DNA of 64,000 nucleotides from the human T2T-CHM13v2.0 reference genome, Homo sapiens, in NCBI RefSeq assembly GCF_009914755.1, contig NC_060937.1. One strand, written 5' to 3'. Position 1 is the first letter of the stretch. The number at the start of each line of letters is the position of its first letter. Below the pieces are notes generated by a model. It did not search any database, was not told the DNA's origin, and was given only the letters and a program-made list of their open reading frames with translations. This document shows, piece after piece, positions 13,501-26,734 of this stretch. Made by a program: the position numbers and the translations under genes.

Positions 13501-13604
13501 AAGAAAGCTAAATAAACTCAAAAACTCAAAAAAAACTAAAGTAAACTAAAAAAAGAAGAAAAGAAAAGAAGTGGTTCAAATTGCAAAGTCCAGTAGGCAA
13601 GGTC

Positions 13605-13970
13605 ATTCTTTTGTTTAACACTGTTTTTGGGGGCGTACCACATAGTATGCTTTGTGATAAATTCTGGGACAACAGTAGTGAATCAATTAGATAAAAATGC
13701 TTGTTACTATGGAACTTGCATTCTAATTAGGAATAAACTAGTGATAAACACATAAATCAAATATATTGCTTCTTCCATGATAATAAATGCTACACAAGTA
13801 AAAAAAAAGTGGATAAAGAAGATGTCAGTTAAGCAGATAAGAGTGAGAGAATCATGTGGTCATCTGGAATAAAAAAGGTACAGGTAGCGGAAATAGCGTA
13901 TGCAAAGACCTTGAGTCCTGGCAGTTTCCAGTAGTAGCATAGAGGCGATTGAGATTGGAATAGAGTGAGG
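13605..13970 (-). mobile_element. L2 3' fragment
   Basis: Degenerate match to the antisense L2 end (ACAGTAGTGAATCAATTAGA, ATGGAACTTGCATTCTA, TGCAAAGACCTTGAG). Confidence 0.65.
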
Positions 13971-14068
13971 TAATTTTTAATGTGTTTATACATGTTCCCA
14001 TACTTTGCCTAAAAATGTTATTGTGAATATGACATATATGTTATATGGTTAGTTAGGTGGTGATGACT

Positions 14069-14142
14069 GATAGATGAGATACATAGATAGATGATAGGTG
14101 ATAGATAGATAGATAGATAGATAGATACATAGATAGATAGAT
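14069..14142. repeat. Compound (GATA)n tetranucleotide STR
   Basis: TAGA/GATA units with CATA and GATGA interruptions. Confidence 0.95.
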
Positions 14143-14319
14143 AAAACATGCATCTTCTCAAGACTCTCCAGTTCTCAAATCTTAGATCCCACTAACATAT
14201 CCTTAAACCCATGGAAAAAAAAAACAATATAGAATTTTAGTTTTCTTTTCCTATGCTACAAATTCCGGGTTTGTTGTTATTGTTGCTGTTGCTGTTGCTG
14301 TTGTTGCTTTTACTAAGTG

Positions 14320-15330
14320 CTTTCGAAAAATAGAATCATAGAGTATACTCTTTTCTCCTTGTTCCATTTTTCATTGAATAAATACTACTTTCTGATATAA
14401 CTTTTATAAATCTAATATGAATTATCATATGAACTAATGTAAATCAATAAATTTTTTAAAAGGCTGGATAATATTTCATAGCACAAAAGAATCACCATTA
14501 ACTCCATACCTTCTCTGTAGATGGGTATTCAATCCAGCATGTGCAAATTTATATGTGTGTTTGAGTGTGTTTGCTTCTGCTAAGAATGCTGCAAGAATAC
14601 TTTTTTCCATTATTCTTTATTTACTGAAATTATATTTCTATGGGTAGATTTCAGGAATGACCATGTAGCAATGCATATGTGTTCTACATTTCAATACAGG
14701 TCCCCACTTTGTAATTCATATCTCCATTACCATCATGTAATAATAGCTTTCATATCACATCAGTGTGGTATGAAAGCTCATGCCACATTTTAACAATCGT
14801 CAGTCTAACGTGTATACAGCAAAACCTCATTACTTTACTTGGATTTCCTTGACTATTAATATTTTTGGAAACATTTGCAATTATTTGGACATTGTCTTTT
14901 CGAAATTATATCTGTTGCCATTTTTTTTATCTTAGGATATTTCTACCTTCCTGTTAATTCTTGAGAGCTCCTTAGATATTTTAAATGCCTGCATTGGAAG
15001 CCCCATCCCCCACAACTATACGGTTTGCTTCTTGATTTTGTTTATATTTTTTCAAATAAATATATACATGCTTATACAATGTATAAACTTTTGATTTATA
15101 ACTTATGTAATTTATAATTTAATTTATATACTTTAATATAGATGTAAAATTTATGCAGTTGAATGCACCTACTTTTTCATGGACACCGTTTCTAATTTCA
15201 GAAGATCCTCTAGCTCCTAAACATTTCCTAGCATAATTTGCTTTACTGTTTTATTTTTTCATATTTAAGTACTTTTACTCATCTCTAATTAATGAATTCA
15301 CATTCTTTGAGGTAAGGTTCCAGTATTTTA
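14320..15330 (-). mobile_element. Highly diverged L1ME-like 3' fragments
   Basis: Scattered antisense L1M 3'UTR/ORF2-end motifs (GGATTTCCTTGACTATTAAT, TTTTTCATATTTAAGT). Confidence 0.5.
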
Positions 15331-15494
15331 CTAGTATAACTTAATTATATGTTTCAAATGTACAATTATATTTAATATTACTAACATATACTTTTATTTA
15401 ATGGACAATTATTCATTCTATTTCATTTTGCCATAAATTTATATCTCTGTTTTCTTTGAAGATTTGGCCTTTCTTAATTTAAGCCTTTATGCTC

Positions 15495-15890
15495 TTTGAA
15501 AAACAAATCCAGGAAAAGGAATTTCATACAAGTAAGATTATTTAAGAAGGAATCCAGGAAGTCAAGAGACAAAATGGGAACAGTGACACAAGGGAAGGAT
15601 AAAAACCCCCAAAAAAGCTGTATTAATGAATCACTTACATCTATGGACATCTAGGGCTAGATCCTCCTAGCGTGGATTGAATTATGTTTATTTTATTTTA
15701 GATTTATGTCCACTGAAAGTGGAGAGGCCACAGTATTTTCCCAAAAAAAGCCAAACTGCCAAGGAAGCCTTTCAGGTTGAGAAGATGAGAGAGAGATGCT
15801 TAAGGTGGAAAACTGTGCATGTGACTGCAGGTGAACTCAGATGACTGCAGGAGAAGTCAGAAAAAAAAATACAAATGGTGTCTGCAGAAC
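15495..15890 (-). mobile_element. LTR33-like ERVL solo LTR
   Basis: CTGCAGGTGAACTCAG and CAAGTAAGATTATTTAAGAAGGAATCCAGGAAG...GTGACACAAGGGAAGG match the reverse complement of LTR33 as I recall it. Confidence 0.7.
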
Positions 15891-16894
15891 TTTCTATGCT
15901 ACCCTTTACAGTATGTAATTGGATTGTTCTTGGAATATTTTCTGAATATTCTTGCCCCTAACTAGTTGAGTTTGAAGTATTTTCCACCACCTTTCAGTAA
16001 ACACAGTATTTTAAAATAAAGAAAGAAAAGATGCCTAGTGAGCCCATAAAAAGCCCATAAAAAATGCCCAGTGAGCTAAATAGTATGAACTCTAATTGCT
16101 TAGAGACTATTAGGACAAATGTTATTCCTGGCAGGTTAACTTGGTTACTACAAGGAATTTTAGAAAAGCAAGAATGATGCCTGTCATTACCTGCAAGTAT
16201 ATTCTCATACTATTCAGTATCTCTTGTGCTCAGACTCTATATGCCTGTTTTCCCATTCTTTCAAACTGTTAAACTGTGCTGTCTTGAAATTAGAGAATAT
16301 CTACAATTTCCTAATATCCTCAGTCTTTTCTCTGAAGGACTGCTTCCTCCTTTTTTTTTTTTTTTTTTTGGCTGCAAACTGAACATTCAGTATGGAAACT
16401 GTTTATTTTCAACTCTTCAAAGTAGAAGTTATCTGTTTTTCTTCATTCCCTGCCATATATTTTATATATTTCATATCCTTTTATGCTATTATTTATAATA
16501 TCTCCTCTTTTAAATTATTTTCCTTTCCAAAATGTTTCCTTCCAACTTGCCTTAAGGTGTAGATAATCTTGGATTTGGGATAGATGCCAGATGCCTTACA
16601 TGACCTTCTTAACTTCTTTTACCCTATGCAGAACTTTTGGGTTAGATGTTCAACATGTTCAGTGAACAGTCTTAGAAACAAAGTGGCTTGTTCTCACTGA
16701 CTCACACTGTGGTTGGGCTTCCCTGATACACTAATCTGTTACATCATCCCACAAATAACTGCTAAAAAGTTGTTTAGTTACAGTTGGTTTCTCCTTAGTC
16801 CCATCCATGTCAGATATTTCATTTTTCCATTATTCTACCAGAGAAAGGAGTAGCTGTGGGTCTCTTCAATTCTATGAAGGCCACATCTTACTTA

Positions 16895-19800
16895 TTTTTT
16901 TACTTTTGTTTTAGGTTCAGAGGTACATGTGCAGGTGTGTTATATAGGTGAATTGCATGTCACAGGGGTTTGGTGTACAGATTAATTTGTCACTCTGGTA
17001 ATAAGCATAGTACTTGCTAGGTGGTTTTTCAATTGTCTGCATTCTCCCACCCTCCACTCTTAAGTAGACCCCAGTGTGTGGTGCTTCTTTCTTTGTGTCC
17101 ATGTGTACTCAACGTTTAGCTCCCACTTATTAAGTGAGAACAAGCAGTATTTGGTTTTCTGTTCCTGCCTTAGTTTGCTTAGGATTATGGTCTCCAGCTC
17201 CATCCATGTTGCTACAAATGACACAATCTCATTCTTTTTTATGGTGACATAGTATTTTATGATATATATGTATTACATTTTATTTATCCAGTCTACCACT
17301 GATGGACATTTAGGTCGATTGCATGATTTTGCTATTGTGAATAGTGCTGTGATGAATATATGCGTGCATGTGTCTTTATGGTAGAATGATTTATATTCCT
17401 TTGGGTATATATCCCAAAATGGGATTGCTGGGTTGAATGGTACTTCTCTTTTTAGTTCTTTGAGAAATCACTAAACTGCTTTCCACAATGGCTGAGCTAA
17501 TTTATATTCTCATCAACAGTGTATAAGCATTCACTATTCTCTGCAACCTCACCAACATCTGTTATTTATTGACTTTTTAATAATAGCCATTCTGACTGGG
17601 GTGAGATGGTATCCCACTGCGAATGAGATTGCATTTCTCCAATATTTAGTGATGTTGAGCAATTTTTCATAAAATTGTTGGACATGTGTATGTCTTCTTT
17701 TGAAATGTGTCTGTTTATGCCCTTTGCCCACTTTTTAATGAGGTTGTTTGTTTTGTGCTTGTAAATTTGTTAAAATTCCTTATAGATGCTTGATATTAGA
17801 CCTTTGTCAGGTGCATAGCTTGCAAATATTTTCTCCCTTTCTGTAGGTTGTCTATTTACTCTGCTGATAACTTTTTATGCAGAAGCTCTTTAGTTGAATT
17901 AGATCTCATTTGTTAATTTGTGTTTTTGTTGTAATTGCTTTTGGCATCTTTGTCATGAAATCTTCACGAGGATGTATGTCCAGAATGATATTTACTAGTT
18001 TATCTTCCAGGGTTTATAGTTTTAAGTTTTACATTTAAGTTTTTAATCCATCTTGAGTTAATTTTTGCATATTGTGTAAGGAATGGGTCTAGTTTTAATC
18101 TTCTGCAAATGGCTAGCCAGTTCTCCCGGTACCATTTACTGAATAGGGAATCCTTTCCCTGTTGCTTGTTTTTGTCAGGTTTGTTGAAGATCAGATAGTT
18201 GTCGGTGTGTGGTCTTACTTCTGGGTTCGCTATTCAGTTCCATTGGTCTATGTGTCTGTTTTTATAAGAGTACCATGCTGTTTTGGTTACTCTAGCCCCA
18301 GAGTATAGTTTGAAGCTGGGTAGCCTGTTGCCTCTAACTTTGTTCTTTTTGATTAGCATTGTCTTGGCTATTCAGGCTCTTTTTTGGTTACATATAAATT
18401 TTAAAATAGTTTTGTCTAATTCTGTGAAGAATCTCAGTGGTAGCTTAATAAGAATAGCACTGAATCTATAAATTGCTTTGGGCAGTATGGCCATTTTAAT
18501 GATATTGATTTTTCCTATCCATGAGCATGGAATATTTTTCTATTTGTGTAATCTCTGAATCCTTTGAGCATTGTTCTGTAATTCTCATTGTAGAGGTCAT
18601 GCACCTGCCTGGTTATCTGTAGTCCTAGGTGTTTTATTCTTTTTGTGGTTATTGTGGATGTCATTATATTATTGATTTGTCTTTCAGCTTGGATGCTTTT
18701 GGTGTTTAGGAATGCTGCTGATTGTTGTACGTTGATTTTGTATCATGAAACTTCACTAAAGTTGTTTATCAGATCACAGAGCTTTCGATCAGAGACTATG
18801 GGGTTTTTCAGGTATAAAATCATATTGTCTGCAAACAGAGACAGTTTGACTTCCTCTTCCTATTTGAATGGATTTCATTTTTCTTCTCTTCCCTGATTGC
18901 TCTGGCTAAGACTTCCAGTACTGTGTTAAATATAAGTGATGAGAGAGGGCATCCCTGTCTTGTTCTGGTTCTCAAAGGGAACACTTCCAGCTCTTGCCCA
19001 TTCAGTATGATGTTGGCTATAGATTTATTGTAGATGGCTCTTACTATTCTGAGGTATGTTCCTTCAAAGTCTAGTTTGTTGAGGGTTTTTAACATAAAGG
19101 GATGTGTATTTATACCAAAAGCCTTTTCTGCATCTGTTGGATAATCATTTGGTTTTTGTTTTTAGTTCAGTTTATGTGCTGAATGACATTTATTGATTTG
19201 CATATGTTGAACCATCTTTGCATCCAAGGGATAAATCCTACTTGATCAGGGTGGATTAGCTTTTTGATGTGCTGCTGGATTTGGTTTGCTGATGTTTTCT
19301 TGACGATTTTTGCATCTGTGTTCATCAAGGATATTGGGCTGAAGTTTTATTTCTTGTGTGTGTCTCTGGTATCAGGATGATCCTGGCCTCATAAAATAAG
19401 TTAGAGAGGAATCCCTTCTTCTTAATTTTTTGGAGTAGTTTCAGTAGGAATGATACAAACTCTTCTTTATACATCTGGTCAAAATCAGCTGTGAATCCAT
19501 CTGGTCCTGGGCATTTTCTGGTCGATAGGCTTTTTATTACTGATTCCATTTCAGAACACATTATTGGTCTGTTCAGGGATTCAGTTTCCTCTGGGTTCAT
19601 TCTTGGGAGAATGTGTGTGTCCAGGAATGTATCCATTTCTCCCAGATTTTCAAGTTTTTCTGAGGAGATGTGTTTGTAATAGCCTTTGAGAATTTTTTGT
19701 ACTTTTGTGAGGTCAATGGTAACATCCCCTTTGTCATTTCTGATTGTGTTTATTTAGATCTTTTCTCTTTTTTTCTTTATTAGTCTAGTTAGTGATCTAT

Positions 19801-20220
19801 CAATCTTATTTATTCTTTTGAAAAACCAACTCCTGGATTTGTTGTTCTTTTGTATTTTTTTTGCATCTAAATTTTCTACATTTCAGCTCTGATTGAGGTT
19901 CTTTCTTATATTCTGCTTGCTTTGGGGTTGGTTTGCTCTTCTTTCTTTAGTTCCTCTATGATTAATGTTAGGTTGTTAATTTGAGATATTTCTAGCTTGT
20001 TCATGTGGGCATTTATTTTAGTGCTACAGACTCACCTCTTAACATTGATTTAGTTGTTTCCCAGAGATTCTTGTAGGTTGTATCTTTGTTCTCATTAGTT
20101 TAAAGAATTTTTTGATTTCTGTCTTAACTTCATTGTTCACTCAAAAGTCATTCAGGAGCAGATTGTTTAGTTTCCATGTAACTGTATGGTTTTCAGCTGT
20201 TTTCTTAGTATTGATTTCTG
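16895..20220 (-). mobile_element. L1PA15/16-like LINE-1: 3'UTR and most of ORF2
   Basis: Poly-T start and an L1PA13-16-type 3'UTR; minus-strand ORFs [25 protein letters not shown] and [12 protein letters not shown]. Confidence 0.95.
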
Positions 20221-20980
20221 TAAATCAACCACACAATCAAGTCTGCATAATAACCAGCTGACAGCATGATAACATGATCAGACCTACACAAATCAATATT
20301 AACCTTGAATGTAAACAGATTAAAGGCCCCAATTAAAAGGCACAGAGTGTCAAGCTGGATACAGAAGCAAAACTCAACTCAAGCAAGACTCAACTCTATA
20401 CTGTCTATAAGAGATCCATCTCACATGCAATGATGCCCATATGTCAAAAGTAAAGGGACTGAGAAAAATCTACCAAGCAAATGGAAATCAGAAAAAAGCA
20501 GGAATTCCAATTTCAGATAAAACAGACTTTAAGGCCAACAACACTCAAAAAAGACAACTAATGGCATTACATAATAGTAAAGGGCTCAATTCAAATAGAA
20601 GTCCTAACTATCCTGAATATATATGCACCCAATACAGGAGCACCCAGATTTATAAAGCAAGTTCTTAGAGACCTATGAAGATACTTAGATAATCACACAA
20701 TAACAGTGGAAGTCTTCAATAACCCAATGACAGTATTAGATAGAACATCAAGGCAGGAAACTAATAAAGATATTCAGGACCTCAACTTGACGTTTGACCA
20801 AATGGGCCTCACAAAAATCTGCAGAACCATCCACCCAACAGTGACAGAATATACATTCTTCTCATCTGCACATGGCACACAGTCTAAAATTGCCCACACA
20901 ACTGGCCATAAAGCAATACTTAGCAAATTAAAAAAAAAAAACTGTAATCATACTGAAGGCACTGTTGGACCACAGTGCAC
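20221..20980 (+). mobile_element. Inverted 5' segment of the same L1 (ORF1-ORF2 spacer plus endonuclease domain)
   Basis: Translates as SILTLNVN, KIYQANGNQKKAG and TEYTFFSSAHGT.SKI.H. It ends at GGACCACAGTGCA, about 8-10 nt before the consensus position where the minus segment starts. Confidence 0.92.
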
Positions 20981-21059
20981 ACCCTGTTTTAAAATTTTGT
21001 TCATTTAGTTTTATTTTCATTCTCTGCTCTTTATTTTTATTTTTTTGTAAGTCTAGGAT

Positions 21060-22760
21060 CCTGTAGCTTATCCATCTTGATTTAATTCTTGAGAGTGAAA
21101 GTTTCTTTAACTATCTACGTTCCAACCAGGAGTCATAGTTTTGTTCTTTCTTATCTCCATTTCTCTTAATCATGTCCTATCTCTTATCATCTTTGATAGC
21201 TGCAACTCTTGCAAAATCTTCATTTCAATCATACAGTTCCCTAACCAACATCCCCCTCCTTACAACTTAGCTGCTCTTGCAATCCCACACCTGTAATTAT
21301 TTTAATTCATTAGCAACTTCAGTTCCTTTCCTCTATCAATTTTTAAAAATCCAGGATCTCTTTCACGTTTCCACTTCTATATTTACCCTGATTGAGTTTT
21401 GTGATCTGCCATTTTATGCATTTTGCTGCCATCTTCGTCAACTCAAATTGCTTCTCTACTTTTAATGACATTCATAGTGACAATCAAGTAGCTTGAATTG
21501 TTGTAGAAAAATAGCATAACCAAGATTAACCATAGATCTCAATTGTGAATTTAACTTTACATTGAATTATTCCATTTCTAACACTCCTCTAGCTAATGAT
21601 TTGTATATTACTAATTTTAGTTCTAATTTATCTCTTCACTTTTCTGTAGTCTTGTCAGGCCACTTCTCAGGTCTTAAACATTTTATTTCTTTTTATTCTG
21701 TGATTCTTTTGATTCTTGGCTATTTCTTTATGGTCTTCTCATTTATTTTTTCTTCTCAGTTCCCTTTATTGGCTCTAACTCCATTTAGCCTCCAAATAAC
21801 ACCTGTTTATTGGATGACTCCTGGTTCCTCTTCTCTTCTGAAGCTATAGATTATCTCTGTATTTTTCTCTTTCAGTAACATGGATATATATGCCATTTAT
21901 ACCAATGATTTCTAAATATAATTTTTTTTCTGATCTCTCAACTAAGGTATAGAGTCATCCATCCAATAATCTCATTGGAAACTTGATTTGGATACCTTAT
22001 AGCTTTCCAAATTTAAAATGTCTAAATAAAGACCCTTCATATCTAGCCTTCAAACAGATTCCTCCTTCACTTTCCTTTCCTCCGTCTGTGGAAATGATTA
22101 ATGCCATGCTCTCTTATTCAGAGCAAAATTTTAGGAGTCAGTCTTGAGGTCTGTTTTTCTATCAACTCACCTTATTTAATCAATTTAAAAAATTTATGAG
22201 GCTCCAACTTTAAAGTATATCTTGAATCCTTTTAGTTTCTCAATATCTTCTTTGTTAATGCCCTAAATCAAGCCAACATGATCTTACACCTAGACTATTG
22301 CAATAATTTTCTAAATGATCTCACTATTTCCATGCTGCCCCTTCGTATCTACTTTCCACATAACAGCAAGACTTTTGAAGTATGAAATACAACAAATCCT
22401 CTATCTGCTTATAGGATTCCTGGTAAAAATTAATCAAAATACAGAATACTTACTTTGACCTACTGGGCCCCACAATTGTCTGTTTAGCACTTCCTGTTAT
22501 TCACTTTGTTTATAATGCTTTGTTCTCTTTAAAGTTCCTCAAAAATGCAAACATATTTCTGCCTCTGTTTGCCTCTTACTCTAACACCCGCAAAAGCCAG
22601 ATCCTGCTTATAGTTTAGATGTTACCTATTTATAGAGCCCTTGCCTAATGACTCAATCTAAAATAGAATCCATTTTGTTTTTGTGCTTTTCTTCAATAGA
22701 ATTTTTCAAATGATCTTTTACTACAGTGTTTTTTGATAGTCTGTAACTAATTCATGTAAC
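21060..22760 (+). mobile_element. Long L2 (LINE-2) ORF2/3' remnant
   Basis: Pyrimidine-rich L2 text; the RT YADD region is degenerate as TATACCAATGATTTCTAAAT (about 21898-21917), followed by TTTAAAATGTCTAAA and CCTAGACTATTGCAATA. Confidence 0.75.
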
Positions 22761-22785
22761 AATAACATATAAGAAAAAAATTTCT

Positions 22786-23089
<304 letters not shown>

Positions 23090-23227
23090 TCATTCTACAA
23101 TGAGAATCATCTTGTGCAAAATAATTATTTTCAATACAGAATTCTGAAGTTTCCATCTCTAATTTTTTTGTCTTTATACTAAAAAGCTAATCTTGGAGGA
23201 TTTGTTTGTGTTAAACTATGTGCTTGA

Positions 23228-23611
<384 letters not shown>

Positions 23612-23862
23612 AAGAATGGTTCATATTTTTTAAGTATGCTTGATTGACCAGCTGTTTATTAAAATATTTAGGATTATATTTCCACACCAAGGCAGAAAGT
23701 ACATCTAGCATTCGTAAAAGAAGATCAAAATCTAGAACTAGAAATAAGACCCAAGGCAGTTAATTTCTTAGGACCTCTTCAGGGTGGCGTGCTCTTGTCT
23801 CTTTTCTCTGCTTTTCACCATAAACCTGTGTGTCACTTATATCTTGTTCTCTTTCATTCTTT

Positions 23863-23936
23863 TTTTTGGTTTTGTTTTGTTTTGTTTGAGACGGAGTCTC
23901 GCTCTGTCGCCCAGGCTAGAGTGCAGTGGCACGATC
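23863..23936 (-). mobile_element. Severely 5'-truncated Alu (about 50 nt plus tail)
   Basis: Only the Alu 3' end is present; 14-bp perfect TSD CTCTTTCATTCTTT at 23849-23862 and 23937-23950. Confidence 0.93.
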
Positions 23937-24544
23937 CTCTTTCATTCTTTATTCTTTATGTACACATGACTTAATATGCTTACTCCACACCATACTGATC
24001 TTCAGTTCTAGTCATTAACGCAGACCAATTTCAAATTTCTGGAAGACATTATCCATTGTTTCAGTCTTGGCCAAGTTTTTAAACCTTGGTCTGTTTGCAT
24101 TGTCCCAAGAGCTGCATTAAGTAGAGCATACAAGGCTCTGAAGTCTCAGTCGTTTGAAAGAGTGGTTCTCAAAGAATAGTTAGTATGGACATGAACACAG
24201 TAGTAAGAGGTTCTTAATATATTTGGTAGTAGAAATATTGGCTAGTTTTAATTTTATTTTTATTATGAATTTAAACATATCAAATGTGTGTTACATAAAA
24301 TAAGTAGTTGAAATAATTTTACTTTCAAATCTACATCAACACTTCCTGCATTTTAATCTGAATGTCTAAACCCAGTTAATTTTATAAAATTGTCATTCAT
24401 AAATAATAAACAAGGTTTATGAATAAATACGCAATAAACCTTTATTGTTACCATTTATATGATAAATTTTTGTTTTCAAATGCTTTTTAAATTTGGACTA
24501 AGGCTTTTAACTCTATTTAAATGTTATTCATTCTCTAAAAGTAA

Positions 24545-25050
24545 AAGTTAGGCTTTAGGTTATGTTACTATAACACAGAGATTCAAACATACAGTGATTC
24601 AAAAAATATAGAAGTTTAATGTCTCTTACATTATAATCTATGCATAAGTAAGTGACCCACAGTGGGATTGCAGCTCCTCTCCATGAAATTATGGGCCTTG
24701 GGTTCTTTTTATATAATTTTCTTTGATTTCCGTTGACATTGGCATATTTGATATTTGGTCGCCAGCCCCAGTCACATCCAGCCCTCAGGAAAGGAGAAGA
24801 GGAGTACAGAAGGCAAACTAATTATTTGGAGAATATAATATCAACATTTTAAACCTAATTTATTCTCACACTTCATTGTGCAGAAATTCACATATCTTCA
24901 CCAAATTAAATTTATTGAAAGAAAGACTAGAAAATATGGCTTCTTTCTGAGCTGGCATGTGCCTACTTATGTGTGTGTATGTGTGTTTCTTAACTAATGT
25001 AAAATAAGGGGACTGAATATTAGGGAATGTTTAGTTTTTTTCTGTCATTC
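24545..25050 (-). mobile_element. Old MLT1 (J/K/L-like) LTR remnant
   Basis: GTTAGG...GTTATGTTACTATAACA...CAGTGATTCAAAAAATATAGAAGTTTA resembles antisense MLT1 ends. Confidence 0.55.
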
Positions 25051-25342
25051 TAATTATTTCATACAATAATTCTTTTTTCTTCCACTCTTAATTTTGATTC
25101 ATCTTTTGGCTAATTGTACTTTATTTTCAAGTAGTATTTTCTAGTAGTATCTGTGAAATATCTGTTACCTTCTCAAATTTAGGTCAAATTAACTTGCTAC
25201 AAGAATTTATAGAAATCACAACTTTTCCTTTAGAGGCGGTCTTGAGAAATTAAAGATGAGATTTATTCCTGTCACTTAAAATACTAATTTTATTTTTCTG
25301 TCTGGATGTTATATGTTATTTTTTCTTTAGAAATGCAATGTA

Positions 25343-25998
25343 CGTGACGTTTGCAGCAACATGGATGGGGCTGAAGTGAATTCAAACAGGAACAGATAAC
25401 CAAATACTTCATGTTCTCACTAACAAGTGGCAGCTAATCATTGAGTCCACATGGACACAAAGAAGGGAACAATGAGCACTAGAGCCTATTTGAGGGTGTA
25501 GGGCTGGAGGAGAGTGAGGATCAAAAAACTGCCTGTTGGGGCCCCGGCTCAGTGGTTCACACCTGTAATCCCAGCACTCTGGGAGGCCGAGGCGTGTGGA
25601 TCACCTGAGGTCAGGAGTTGGTGACCAGCCTGGCCAACATGGTGAAACCCTGTCTCTACTAAAAAATACAAAAAAATAACCAGGTGTGGTGGTGGGTACC
25701 TGTAACCCCAGCTACTCAGGCGGCTGAGTCAGGAGAATCGCTTGAACCCACTAGGCAGAGGTCGCAGTGAGCTGAGATTGCGTCACTGTACTCCAGCCTA
25801 GGCGACAGAGCAAGACTCCATCTCAAGAAAAACAAACAAACAAACAAAAAAAACAAAAAAAAACCTACCTGTTGGGTACTATACTTATTACCTGGGTGAC
25901 AAAATAATCTGTACATAAAATCCCTGCAGCATGCAATTTACTCATGTAACCAACCTGTACACGTAACCCCAAATCTAAGATAAAAGTTGGAAAGAAAA

Positions 25999-26029
<31 letters not shown>

Positions 26030-26030
26030 A
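25343..26030 (+). mobile_element. L1PA15/16-like 3' end with (TAAA)n tail, interrupted by an Alu
   Basis: TTTGCAGCAACATGGATG...CATGGACACAAAGAAGGGAACAA...ATAAAAGTTGGAAAG. Confidence 0.9.
25540..25858 (+). mobile_element. AluSx-like inside the L1 3'UTR
   Basis: Full dimer with (AAAC)n tail; near-TSD AAAAAACTGCCTGTTGG / AAAAACCTACCTGTTGG. Confidence 0.95.
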
Positions 26031-26595
26031 AGCTTTTTTCCCAAAGGAAAAAAAGAGAAATGTATAAATAACATTACAGGTATATATCTAGCTATAAATC
26101 TCATTTCAATATGTTTCTTTTCTGGAAGAAAAGAAGTAAAAAATCAGTACAATGAGACTGATAGGCTGAATTAGATCTTAGAGAGTTTATGCTGCTGTGA
26201 TATTCAATGTCACTTGAAAACCTGATATAGTATTTCATATAACAAGGACTCACAGTTCACATGTAATAAGAATGAGTGCAAGGAGAGAGGTGTGACTCGT
26301 AGAGACACAAGTCCGTGTCATCTGTAATAAACAGGTGGGGGCTGAAATATGCGAATGGGATAGAAGAGAATGATACTATTGGAGGTAGTTATTAGACACA
26401 ATTGTTTCAATTTTCTCAATAATAAGTGAGTTTGTGAAGAGTGAAGAGTATGAAGCTTTTTGGTCAACTTTATGTTAGTAGAAAGATGACTTATTTTTTC
26501 TGTTTTTTTTTTAATTAAAGAGATCTCAATATATTTTATAAGAAAGGAAGGTTCATGAATTATACCACTAAAAGTGACTTTAAGCATTCCTTGAA

Positions 26596-26725
26596 ACCAT
26601 AACCTGCTAGAGAGCAGGGACCGTGTCTGTCATCATTATTTTTCCTTAGTGTGAAGAACAGATCTAGACACGAGGCAGATGTATAATAAATATATTTTGA
26701 ACAAATGAGTAGATGGATGAAATGA
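26596..26725 (+). mobile_element. L2 3' terminal fragment
   Basis: GAGAGCAGGGACCGTGTCTG...AATAAATATATTTTGAACAAATGA. Confidence 0.7.
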
Positions 26726-26734
26726 GTCAAGGCA

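Noticed and set aside
20365-20398. 16-bp tandem duplication in the L1 EN region, and a 10-bp duplication at about 46597
   Set aside because: These are ordinary slippage duplications in dead or neutral sequence.
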